Below, one piece after another: positions 56,879-64,000 of a stretch of 64,000 nucleotides of DNA (positions are counted from its first letter, which is position 1; each line of letters opens with the position of its first letter). The notes beneath the pieces are model-generated. The model saw nothing but the letters and a program-made list of their open reading frames with translations, had not been told where the DNA came from and ran no database searches. This DNA is from Acidimicrobiia bacterium. Its GTDB lineage: Bacteria > Actinomycetota > Acidimicrobiia > Spongiisociales > SHLN01. The position numbers and the translations under genes are program-made. Location of the stretch: NCBI GenBank assembly GCA_041567895.1, contig JBFGAX010000008.1, positions 1,223 through 65,222 of the forward strand, written 5' to 3'.

Positions 56879-58510
56879 ATGGCATACGACTTCATCATCG
56901 TCGGAGGCGGATCGGCCGGGTGTGCTCTCGCCAACCGGTTGAGCGCCGACCCATCCAATGAGGTGCTCGTACTCGAGGCCGGAAGGCCCGATTACAGATG
57001 GGACATCTTCATTCACATGCCGGGTGCCTTCACCATCCCGCTCGGAAATCGGTTTTATGACTGGAAGTATGAGTCCGAGCCGGAACCGCACATGGGGGGT
57101 CGACGGATCTACCACGCCAGGGGAAAGGTCCTGGGTGGCTCGAGCTCGATCAACGGCATGATTTTCCAGCGAGGCAACCCGCTCGATTTTGAACGGTGGG
57201 CGTCGGACCCCGGCATGGCGAGCTGGGACTACGCCCATGTTCTCCCCTATTTCAAACGTATGGAGACCTGTCTGGCCGGATCGGACGAGTTTCGCGGTGG
57301 TGAAGGACCGTTGAAACTCGAACGGGGTCCGGCCACCAACCCCATCTTCGAGGCACTGTTCGAGGCAGTGCAACAGGCCGGCTATCCGCTGACCGACGAC
57401 GTGAACGGCTACCAGCAAGAAGGCTTTGCAAGGTTCGACCGCAATATCCACCGCGGACGACGACTCAGCGCCGCCCGCGCATATCTCCATCCAGTCATGG
57501 AACGGCCAAACCTCACCGTCACCACCAATGCCTTCACAGAGCGGATCAACTTCGAAGGCACAAAGGCAGTTGGTGTCAGGTACCGATCGGGACGCAACAG
57601 CGTCGACGTCTCTGGCTCTGAAATCATCCTGTGCGGGGGCGCATTCGCATCCCCACAGTTGCTACAGGTCTCCGGAGTCGGCAACGCCACGGAACTCGAA
57701 GACGTGGGCGTAAAGGTGATCCATGACCTGCCAGGAGTCGGAGAGCATCTTCAGGATCATCTCGAGGTCTACGTACAGCACGCGGCCAAACAGCCCGTCT
57801 CCATGTACCCCGCTCTCAAGTGGTATAACCGGCCCAAAATCGGCTTCGACTGGCTCGTGCATCGACGGGGGGCGGCAGCCAGCAATCACTTCGAAGGTGG
57901 CGGGTTCGTGCGCAGCAACGATGAGGTTGCCTATCCCAACCTGATGATTCACTTCCTGCCGATTGCCATCCGATACGATGGCACGGTCCCCGATGGTGGA
58001 CATGGCTTCCAGTTCCATATCGGTCCGATGTATTCGAACTCGAGGGGATCGCTGAAGATCACCTCGCCGAACGCGGCCGATCGTCCGGCCATCCGATTCA
58101 ACTACCTCTCGACGCCGGAGGATCGTCAGGAGTGGATCGAAGCGATCCGGATCTCGCGAGACATTTTGAGCCAGCCGGCGATGTCGGACCTCGACGGCGG
58201 TGAATTCTCACCAGGACCCGATGTGCAAACCGACGAAGAAATCCTGGACTGGGTGAGAAAGGATGCTGAGACGGCACTCCATCCCTCATGTACTGCCCGC
58301 ATGGGCATCGATGACATGTCGGTCGTCGACCCGCAAACCATGCGAGTCCATGGCCTCGACAATCTGAGCGTGGTTGACGCCTCCGTCATGCCATATGTGA
58401 CAAACGGCAACATCTACGCCCCTGTGATGATGGTCGCAGAAAAAGCTGCCGACCTCATTCTCGGCAACACTCCCCTTCCAGCCGAGAACGTCGACTTCTA
58501 CCGACGTTGA
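56879..58510 (+). CDS. betA: Choline dehydrogenase (GMC oxidoreductase)
   Basis: 543 aa. [64 protein letters not shown] and the C-terminal HPSCTARMG are collinear with BetA. It lies adjacent to the betaine importer. Confidence 0.85.
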   Translation: MAYDFIIVGGGSAGCALANRLSADPSNEVLVLEAGRPDYRWDIFIHMPGAFTIPLGNRFYDWKYESEPEPHMGGRRIYHARGKVLGGSSSINGMIFQRGNPLDFERWASDPGMASWDYAHVLPYFKRMETCLAGSDEFRGGEGPLKLERGPATNPIFEALFEAVQQAGYPLTDDVNGYQQEGFARFDRNIHRGRRLSAARAYLHPVMERPNLTVTTNAFTERINFEGTKAVGVRYRSGRNSVDVSGSEIILCGGAFASPQLLQVSGVGNATELEDVGVKVIHDLPGVGEHLQDHLEVYVQHAAKQPVSMYPALKWYNRPKIGFDWLVHRRGAAASNHFEGGGFVRSNDEVAYPNLMIHFLPIAIRYDGTVPDGGHGFQFHIGPMYSNSRGSLKITSPNAADRPAIRFNYLSTPEDRQEWIEAIRISRDILSQPAMSDLDGGEFSPGPDVQTDEEILDWVRKDAETALHPSCTARMGIDDMSVVDPQTMRVHGLDNLSVVDASVMPYVTNGNIYAPVMMVAEKAADLILGNTPLPAENVDFYRR

Positions 58511-58535
58511 CCGGGCAGCCTGGTACATTAGATCC

Positions 58536-58862
58536 ATGGGTTTGAAGAGTTTCTTCAGAGAATGGGGGGATCGCCGTCGCGGGCGGAGGCAACTATCGGG
58601 TGATCTCTACCGCGCCACCCGAGACATCGTTGGCCCTACCGGATGGATGTGGTCGAACGGTTGGGATGCCATGGAACAAGGCAAAACCGACTACCTCAAA
58701 TCTTTTGATCCACGCGTTCCCCCCAGTGTTCACGTGTCTGCCAGGGACATGACCCGCTCGAATATGCCGGTCCCACTGGTGGAACGGTGCATCGAAGATT
58801 GGGTTCCAGACCACGCCCCGGATCGCATGAAGGCGAAATCTCCCCCACCGGACTCCACATAG
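58536..58862 (+). CDS. Questionable 108-aa ORF in the betA-proV gap
   Basis: It is the only open frame in a 418-nt gap. Its third-position GC is visibly lower than in neighbouring genes, there is no clear RBS, and I recognise no motif. It may be non-coding leader sequence. Confidence 0.25.
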   Translation: MGLKSFFREWGDRRRGRRQLSGDLYRATRDIVGPTGWMWSNGWDAMEQGKTDYLKSFDPRVPPSVHVSARDMTRSNMPVPLVERCIEDWVPDHAPDRMKAKSPPPDST

Positions 58863-58928
58863 GCAACATGGGTTCACCATTCGACATACGGCCCCCTGGC
58901 CGGTATGGTCTTTGGTTGGAGGAGGCTC

Positions 58929-60152
58929 ATGGTCGAACTTGGTGAAGAGATCATCAGGCTGGAACACGTCTATAAGATCTTTGGACCCCAGCCGAAGGGC
59001 CGAGCATTTGATCTTGTCAAGGCAGGATATGGCAAGGACACAGTCCTGCAGCGATCCGGCCATGTTGTCGGCCTCAACGACGTCGACTTCTCGATCAACC
59101 GGGGCGAGATCTTCGTGGTGATGGGCCTCTCAGGCTCCGGGAAATCAACCGCCATTCGCACGGTCAACAAACTCCACGACATCACCTCCGGTCACGTTTG
59201 GGTCGACGGCACAGACGTTCAAAGCCTCGACGGCCCTGCTCTCCAGGCGTTTCGGCGCGAGAAGATGGGCATGGTGTTCCAGCATTTCGCGCTTTTTCCT
59301 CATCGCAACGTGATCGACAATGTCGGCTACGGTCTCAAGATCCAGAAAGTGGACAAGGACGCCAGAGACGCGGCATCTCTCAAAGCTCTGTCACTCGTCG
59401 GACTCGAGCCCTATGCGCTGAACGCAACCCAGGAGCTGTCCGGCGGCATGCAGCAGCGAGTAGGACTCGCCCGGGCGCTCGCCTCCGATCCTGACATCCT
59501 GCTGATGGACGAGGCTTTCTCCGCACTCGATCCTCTCATCCGCCGCCAGATGCAGGACGAGATGATGGAGATTCAGAACGAGCTGCAGAAGACGATCCTC
59601 TTCATCACGCACGATCTCAATGAAGCCCTTCGCATCGGAGACCGGGTCTGCATCATGAAGGACGGCCTGGTTGTTCAAATCGGGACTCCAGAGGAGATCC
59701 TCACGCAGCCTGCAACGGGCTATGTCGCCGAATTCGTCCAGGACGTCGACCAGGGTCGTGTGATCGAAGTCAACGAGGTGATGGCCGAGCCCCAGCCGCT
59801 TGCTCCGCATCTGTCTCTCCGTGATGCCCTCACTTCGCTGGACGGCCGCACCGGTGCCTTCACAGTCGATGATGCCGGCAAGCCGATTGGACTGCTGACG
59901 ATGGCTGACGGACTGCGCGTAACAGGTATCGGATCTGACGATGTCTCGGCGGCACTTCGTACAGATTTCGACAAAACCACTCCAAACGCCACCCTCAATG
60001 AGGTCTATGCCGCTGCCGGTCGCGGATTGCCCATCGCCGTGGTGAACGAATCGGGAGAACTGATAGGGGATCTGGATCCTCGCCAGATCATGGAAGAGAT
60101 GGGAAGGGTTGAAAGCCTGATCGACATGTACGAGCGAGAGGTGTTCATGTGA
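58929..60152 (+). CDS. proV: Glycine betaine/proline betaine ABC transporter ATPase with tandem CBS domains
   Basis: The ATG at 58929 follows GGAGGAGG. It has Walker A GLSGSGKST, signature LSGGMQQRVGLARA and Walker B ILLMDEAFSALD. The C-terminal roughly 130 aa are a CBS pair. Confidence 0.92.
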   Translation: MVELGEEIIRLEHVYKIFGPQPKGRAFDLVKAGYGKDTVLQRSGHVVGLNDVDFSINRGEIFVVMGLSGSGKSTAIRTVNKLHDITSGHVWVDGTDVQSLDGPALQAFRREKMGMVFQHFALFPHRNVIDNVGYGLKIQKVDKDARDAASLKALSLVGLEPYALNATQELSGGMQQRVGLARALASDPDILLMDEAFSALDPLIRRQMQDEMMEIQNELQKTILFITHDLNEALRIGDRVCIMKDGLVVQIGTPEEILTQPATGYVAEFVQDVDQGRVIEVNEVMAEPQPLAPHLSLRDALTSLDGRTGAFTVDDAGKPIGLLTMADGLRVTGIGSDDVSAALRTDFDKTTPNATLNEVYAAAGRGLPIAVVNESGELIGDLDPRQIMEEMGRVESLIDMYEREVFM

Positions 60153-62254
60153 TGTTCGCACAGGCCGGCACGGACAGAAGTTTGCTCGACAACACCGTCC
60201 TCGATCAGTGGGAGATCCCGTTCGGGGATTGGATGGACCAGGTGGTCGACTGGATCGCCGTAAACCTCCAAACCTTGCTGGGCTGGATCGAAGAACCGTT
60301 CCAGGTCCTGATCAACGCGATCGTTCGCGACGGCCTCGCCAAAGTCTCGTGGGTGTGGGTTGTCCTCGGCATGGCGCTCCTTGCTTCGCTCATTCGCAAC
60401 ATCAAAGTCGGCTTCTTCGTGGGAGGGGCACTTACGATTTGTGGCCTCCTCGGCAATGCCTATTGGATCGAAACTGCTCGCACCATCGGTTTCATCGCAG
60501 TCGCTGTCATCTTGTGTGTGATCATCGGTATCCCGATTGGCGTCATGGCCGGTCGCTTCGACAATGTCTGGCAAGTAGTTCGACCCGTACTGGATGCGAT
60601 GCAGGTCGTCCACTCCTTCGTCTACATGCTTCCGTTCATCTTCTTCTGGGGCATCGGCGAGGTGTCGGCGACCATGGTGACCATGATCTTCGCTCTACCA
60701 CCTTTGATCCGTTTGACGAACCTGGGAATCAGACAGGTGCCTGCTGACGTTGTCGAAGCCAGCCGAGCGTATGGTGCTTCCGAGATGAAGGTCCTCGTGG
60801 ACGTCCAGTTGCCCCTTGCCCGGCCGGCCATTATGACCGGCATCAATCAGACCTTGTTGTTGGCAATCTCCATGCTGGGCATTGCGGCCATCATGGGCGC
60901 GGGCGGACTAGGACGTTTGCTTTTCCGTGCGCTCTCGAACCAGGACGTTTCGCTGGCGGCATCCGCCGGCCTCGCCTTCTTCCTCGTGGCGGTTGTTCTG
61001 GACCGTATGTCTCAAAGAGAAGGCACTGACGGCGGCAACCTCTTCCGCCGCATCCATCAGGCCTGGGTCCACCGAACCGATCCTGAATCGCTGATCCCGG
61101 AAGCGGACGAAGAATCGGCCATCACGGTCTACAAGCAGACCGACAGATACGCAGGTATCAATGCAAAGGAACGTGCGCCTATGGCCATCACGTTTGCAGG
61201 CGCCGTCGTGGTCGCGATTTCCGTATTTTTGCCGTGGACCAGCAACGCCGGCAAGTTCAGCGCTTTCGGCCGTCGCGTCGACCAGGACCTCGAAGGCATG
61301 TCGTTCAATGGCCTGGCCCTGTCAGGTGGATCCTGGTTCGGCATCATCATTGGCCTCGCCGCCCTCTTCGTTCTTGCAGCCGTCATTTCGGCCTGGCGCT
61401 CACCGGGGATAGGACCCCGATGGCTGACAGCCGACGGTGCTGTGTTGGGCTCTATTGCGATGCTGATCGTCGGACTGTCACATCTGATTGCTTCCCCATT
61501 CAGCTTGGCGAACGACCCTGGAACGGGGATTGGCGTGATAGTCGCAGTTGTCGGTGGCTTGATCGCGACGGTAGGAGCCGTTTTGTGGATTCGGGTGGCG
61601 GATCACTCCCCGCTACATCCGCTCAGCCTCGATATCGCTTGGGGACGCGTCATAGGGGTCGGAATCGCCGTAACGGTGCTTGTGATTGGGATGTTCTCCG
61701 GCTGGAGTTTCGACGGTCGTCAGGATGTCGTTATTTCGCCAGAACTGCAGGCAGAGATCGATCAACTGCAACAAGAGGCGAGGGATAACCCGGCGGACGC
61801 CGGGCCCATTGCCGCCCGACTCTCCGCCCTGATGGCGGGCGCCCAGAGCTCCGGAGTCGTCGTTACCGACGGCATAAGCGAGAACGGTTCACGGCTCGGC
61901 ATCATTACAACGCTCGCCGGTCTCATCGGACTCGGAACCACGTTGAAAGCGTCCGGGGTTTTCGGTCGAAACGAAATGACTCAGTGGCGGTGGAGCGCCA
62001 TCACTGCCGGGATCGGAGCCGGCGTTGCCGCTGTGTCTCTGGCGTGGATCGTGACACATATCCGATCTGCCGATCCCAACTATGTCAGTGGCATCGGATC
62101 CTTTCTTGCATTGATGGGCGGAGTCTTCCTCATGGCGTCGACCAGCTCTGTTCTCAATGAGTTTCGTCGCTCAAAAGTGTATGACGATGATGTGGCTGTC
62201 GACGTGCTCGAGGTCGCAACCGCCGAAAAGGAGTCCGCCGAAGTCACCGTGTGA
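60149..62254 (+). CDS. proW: Glycine betaine ABC permease (ProW/OpuAB core, aa 1-290) fused to a polytopic domain of about 410 aa and unknown function
   Basis: The start overlaps the proV stop (ATGA). The core carries FALPPLIRLTNLGIRQVPADVVEASRAYGAS (EAA loop) and ends near LDRMSQRE. The same frame then continues for about 410 aa with about 8 further hydrophobic helices. Confidence 0.88.
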   Translation: MMFAQAGTDRSLLDNTVLDQWEIPFGDWMDQVVDWIAVNLQTLLGWIEEPFQVLINAIVRDGLAKVSWVWVVLGMALLASLIRNIKVGFFVGGALTICGLLGNAYWIETARTIGFIAVAVILCVIIGIPIGVMAGRFDNVWQVVRPVLDAMQVVHSFVYMLPFIFFWGIGEVSATMVTMIFALPPLIRLTNLGIRQVPADVVEASRAYGASEMKVLVDVQLPLARPAIMTGINQTLLLAISMLGIAAIMGAGGLGRLLFRALSNQDVSLAASAGLAFFLVAVVLDRMSQREGTDGGNLFRRIHQAWVHRTDPESLIPEADEESAITVYKQTDRYAGINAKERAPMAITFAGAVVVAISVFLPWTSNAGKFSAFGRRVDQDLEGMSFNGLALSGGSWFGIIIGLAALFVLAAVISAWRSPGIGPRWLTADGAVLGSIAMLIVGLSHLIASPFSLANDPGTGIGVIVAVVGGLIATVGAVLWIRVADHSPLHPLSLDIAWGRVIGVGIAVTVLVIGMFSGWSFDGRQDVVISPELQAEIDQLQQEARDNPADAGPIAARLSALMAGAQSSGVVVTDGISENGSRLGIITTLAGLIGLGTTLKASGVFGRNEMTQWRWSAITAGIGAGVAAVSLAWIVTHIRSADPNYVSGIGSFLALMGGVFLMASTSSVLNEFRRSKVYDDDVAVDVLEVATAEKESAEVTV

Positions 62255-62381
62255 ACCAACACGCAGCTGACGTTTCATTACCGATTAGATCACAACCGCA
62301 TGTAATGTGGTCGAAGCCCCCATCTGTCCGTTCCGGCGGAGGTGCGTCGTCCAAAAGACCCCGAGAAAGGGAATACAACAT

Positions 62382-63560
62382 ATGAGAAACAACAGGCTGA
62401 TCCTGTTACTGGTGGCCCTGGCGCTTGTCGCCGCTGCCTGTGGCGGCAGCGAAACCAGCGATCCGGAGACCGTAACTCCAGAGGAGACGACGGCAACAAC
62501 CGTCGCGACAACTGAAGCGCCAGAAGAAGAGCCCATGGCCCTGCCGGGCGAAGGCGTCTCGGTGACTCAGGCTCGCGCAGACTGGTCGACCGGTTACGTC
62601 CAGGCCGCCATCTATCAGCAGCTCCTGGAAGAGCTCGGCTACGAGGTCAGCGACCCCGCAGACCTGGAACTCGGACCATCGCTCGCCTATCTGTCAATGG
62701 CACAGGGTGACTTCGACTTCTGGGTCAACAGCTGGTACCCGGGTCACAACAGCTGGTGGGACCCAGAACTGCCAGACGGGACCAAAGTGGGCGACCACCT
62801 CGAGGTCGTTGGCGAACAGATGATGGCCAGTGGTCTGCAGGGCTACTTGATGACCAAGACGTTTGCAGAAGAGTACGGGATCATGACGCTCGATGACCTC
62901 GAGAACAACCCCGAGGCACTCGCCGCATTTGATGCTGCAGATCCCGTCCCGAACAACGGCAAGGCCGACATTTACGGCTGCCAGGAGAGCTGGACCTGCG
63001 ACAACATCATCACGGAACAAATTGCTGTTTCAGGATGGGAGAACATCCAGCAGACGATTGCCGGTTACGACGCCATGATCGCCGAAGCCACGGCAAAGGC
63101 CGACTCCGGTGAGCCCATGGTCATCTATACGTGGACGCCCAGCGCTTACATCGCTGCGCTTCGTCCCGGTGACAATGTGGTCTGGTTGGGTGTTGAGGAC
63201 GTCATCGACGGCTCCAACGTCTCTGGCCAGGATGGCGGGGAGTCATACAGCCAGTTGCCGGGAACGGCCAACATCGGCCCGGACCAGTGCCCGGCTGCCG
63301 CCAGCGGAACATGCCAACTTGGCTGGATCGCTGCCGACATTCAGGTGACCGGCAACAAGGAATTCCTGGAAGCCAACCCGGCTGCCAAGGAACTCTTCGC
63401 CCAGGTCAAGCTGCCCCTCATCGACATTTCGCTTGCGAATGTCGCTCAGAGCAACGGCCGTGACTCAAACGAGGACATCCAGGCACTTGCCGCCGAGTGG
63501 ATCGAGGCCAACAGGGCTACGGTCGACGAATGGCTGGCTGCCGCCCTGGCTGCTTCTTAG
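62382..63560 (+). CDS. proX: Glycine betaine-binding lipoprotein (ProX/OpuAC type)
   Basis: The ATG at 62382 gives MRNNRLILLLVALALVAAACGGSE (lipobox), then a T/E/P linker. The SBP domain has aromatic-box-like WSTGY...WVNSWYPGHNSWW. Confidence 0.88.
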   Translation: MRNNRLILLLVALALVAAACGGSETSDPETVTPEETTATTVATTEAPEEEPMALPGEGVSVTQARADWSTGYVQAAIYQQLLEELGYEVSDPADLELGPSLAYLSMAQGDFDFWVNSWYPGHNSWWDPELPDGTKVGDHLEVVGEQMMASGLQGYLMTKTFAEEYGIMTLDDLENNPEALAAFDAADPVPNNGKADIYGCQESWTCDNIITEQIAVSGWENIQQTIAGYDAMIAEATAKADSGEPMVIYTWTPSAYIAALRPGDNVVWLGVEDVIDGSNVSGQDGGESYSQLPGTANIGPDQCPAAASGTCQLGWIAADIQVTGNKEFLEANPAAKELFAQVKLPLIDISLANVAQSNGRDSNEDIQALAAEWIEANRATVDEWLAAALAAS

Positions 63561-63582
63561 CCCTTACCGACGACTACGAGAC

Positions 63583-63615
63583 AACGGGCGCCCTCTACCG
63601 GGCGCCCGTTTTCTT
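63583..63615 (+). terminator. Rho-independent terminator after proX
   Basis: AACGGGCGCCC-tctacc-GGGCGCCCGTT (63583-63610) is followed by TTCTT. It lies 22 nt after the proX stop. Confidence 0.75.
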
Positions 63616-63674
63616 GCTCGCAAGACAACCGGAGTCTCGTGGCCTAGCATCCGATCAGGCGAAAGGACCCAGGC

Positions 63675-64000
63675 TTGCACATACTCGTGGCGACCGACGG
63701 AACATTGGATGTAGATCGCGCGGCCGATGCGGTCGCCCGATGGTACGACGAGGGTGACACGGTGACCGTCATGACGGTCATGAACATACCTACGGACTTC
63801 CTCGGAGGTCTGGTGGATAGCGGTGTCAAGGAGGCTGCCACCATCGCTCTCGAAGCCGGCCAGGGCATCGGCGATCGGGCGGCTGAGCAGATGTCACCTG
63901 CCCGCCGGGTCCAGGCTGATCCCGCAATGGAGTCGCCTGTCATGAAGGCGCTGGCCGCAACGGCTCACGGACGGACACAGCCGATCACAGATGCGCTCAA
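63675..64000 (+). CDS. Universal stress protein family, N-terminal part (the gene runs off the right window edge)
   Basis: Absent from the ORF track because it has no stop in the window. The TTG at 63675, after GAAAGGA, reads (M)HILVATDGTLDVDRAADAVARWYDEGDTVTVMTVMNIP..., the typical Usp N-terminal beta-strand/ATP-loop pattern. Confidence 0.6.
   Translation, partial: MHILVATDGTLDVDRAADAVARWYDEGDTVTVMTVMNIPTDFLGGLVDSGVKEAATIALEAGQGIGDRAAEQMSPARRVQADPAMESPVMKALAATAHGRTQPITDAL

Noticed and set aside
61019-62254. Treating the ProW C-terminal extension as a separate downstream gene
   Set aside because: There is no stop codon between the core and the extension, and no RBS-plus-start combination stands out at the junction. 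It is annotated as a fusion and flagged for frameshift verification.

Overview
This is a GC-rich chromosomal segment that looks Actinomycetota-like. It shows strong G/C bias at third codon positions, frequent GTG/TTG starts and many ATGA/GTGA stop-start overlaps. I found no rRNA, tRNA, CRISPR array, transposase, integrase or phage gene, so it reads as core or metabolic chromosome rather than a mobile island. From left to right: (1) The str operon start (rpsL-rpsG-fusA, minus strand). (2) An MsbA-type ABC exporter. (3) A five-gene plus-strand module made of a DrrAB-type ABC-2 exporter coupled to three proteins of unknown function. (4) rpoB-rpoC (minus strand). (5) An IclR-headed block that looks like N-heterocycle or nicotinamide-type catabolism. 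It holds an HD-domain protein, an OYE/TMADH-like flavoprotein, an MFS transporter, a thioesterase, an enamidase-like amidohydrolase, an AA_synth-family protein, an XDH-family Mo-hydroxylase with fused FeS+Mo subunit, an LLM oxidoreductase and nicotinamidase. (6) A 1132-aa nucleotide-cyclase/NB-ARC/TPR STAND protein. (7) A DeoR-controlled galactoside locus with an ABC importer that has atypical permeases, an alpha-galactosidase, galT and galK. (8) An eight-gene minus-strand operon for gamma-butyrobetaine/carnitine to glycine betaine. (9) A form I aerobic CO dehydrogenase, coxMSL, followed by an XdhC-YHS fusion and coxG. (10) A class II aldolase, a NUDIX hydrolase, choline dehydrogenase and a ProVWX betaine importer whose ProW carries a large extra membrane domain. 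(11) The start of a universal stress protein. The best candidates for something undescribed are the exporter-coupled unknown trio (6075-8528), the cyclase-STAND protein with non-canonical catalytic residues and no output domain, the enamidase-containing heterocycle cluster, the XdhC-YHS fusion next to form I CODH, and the non-canonical passenger genes in the carnitine operon. All family assignments come from reading motifs by eye. No database search was possible.
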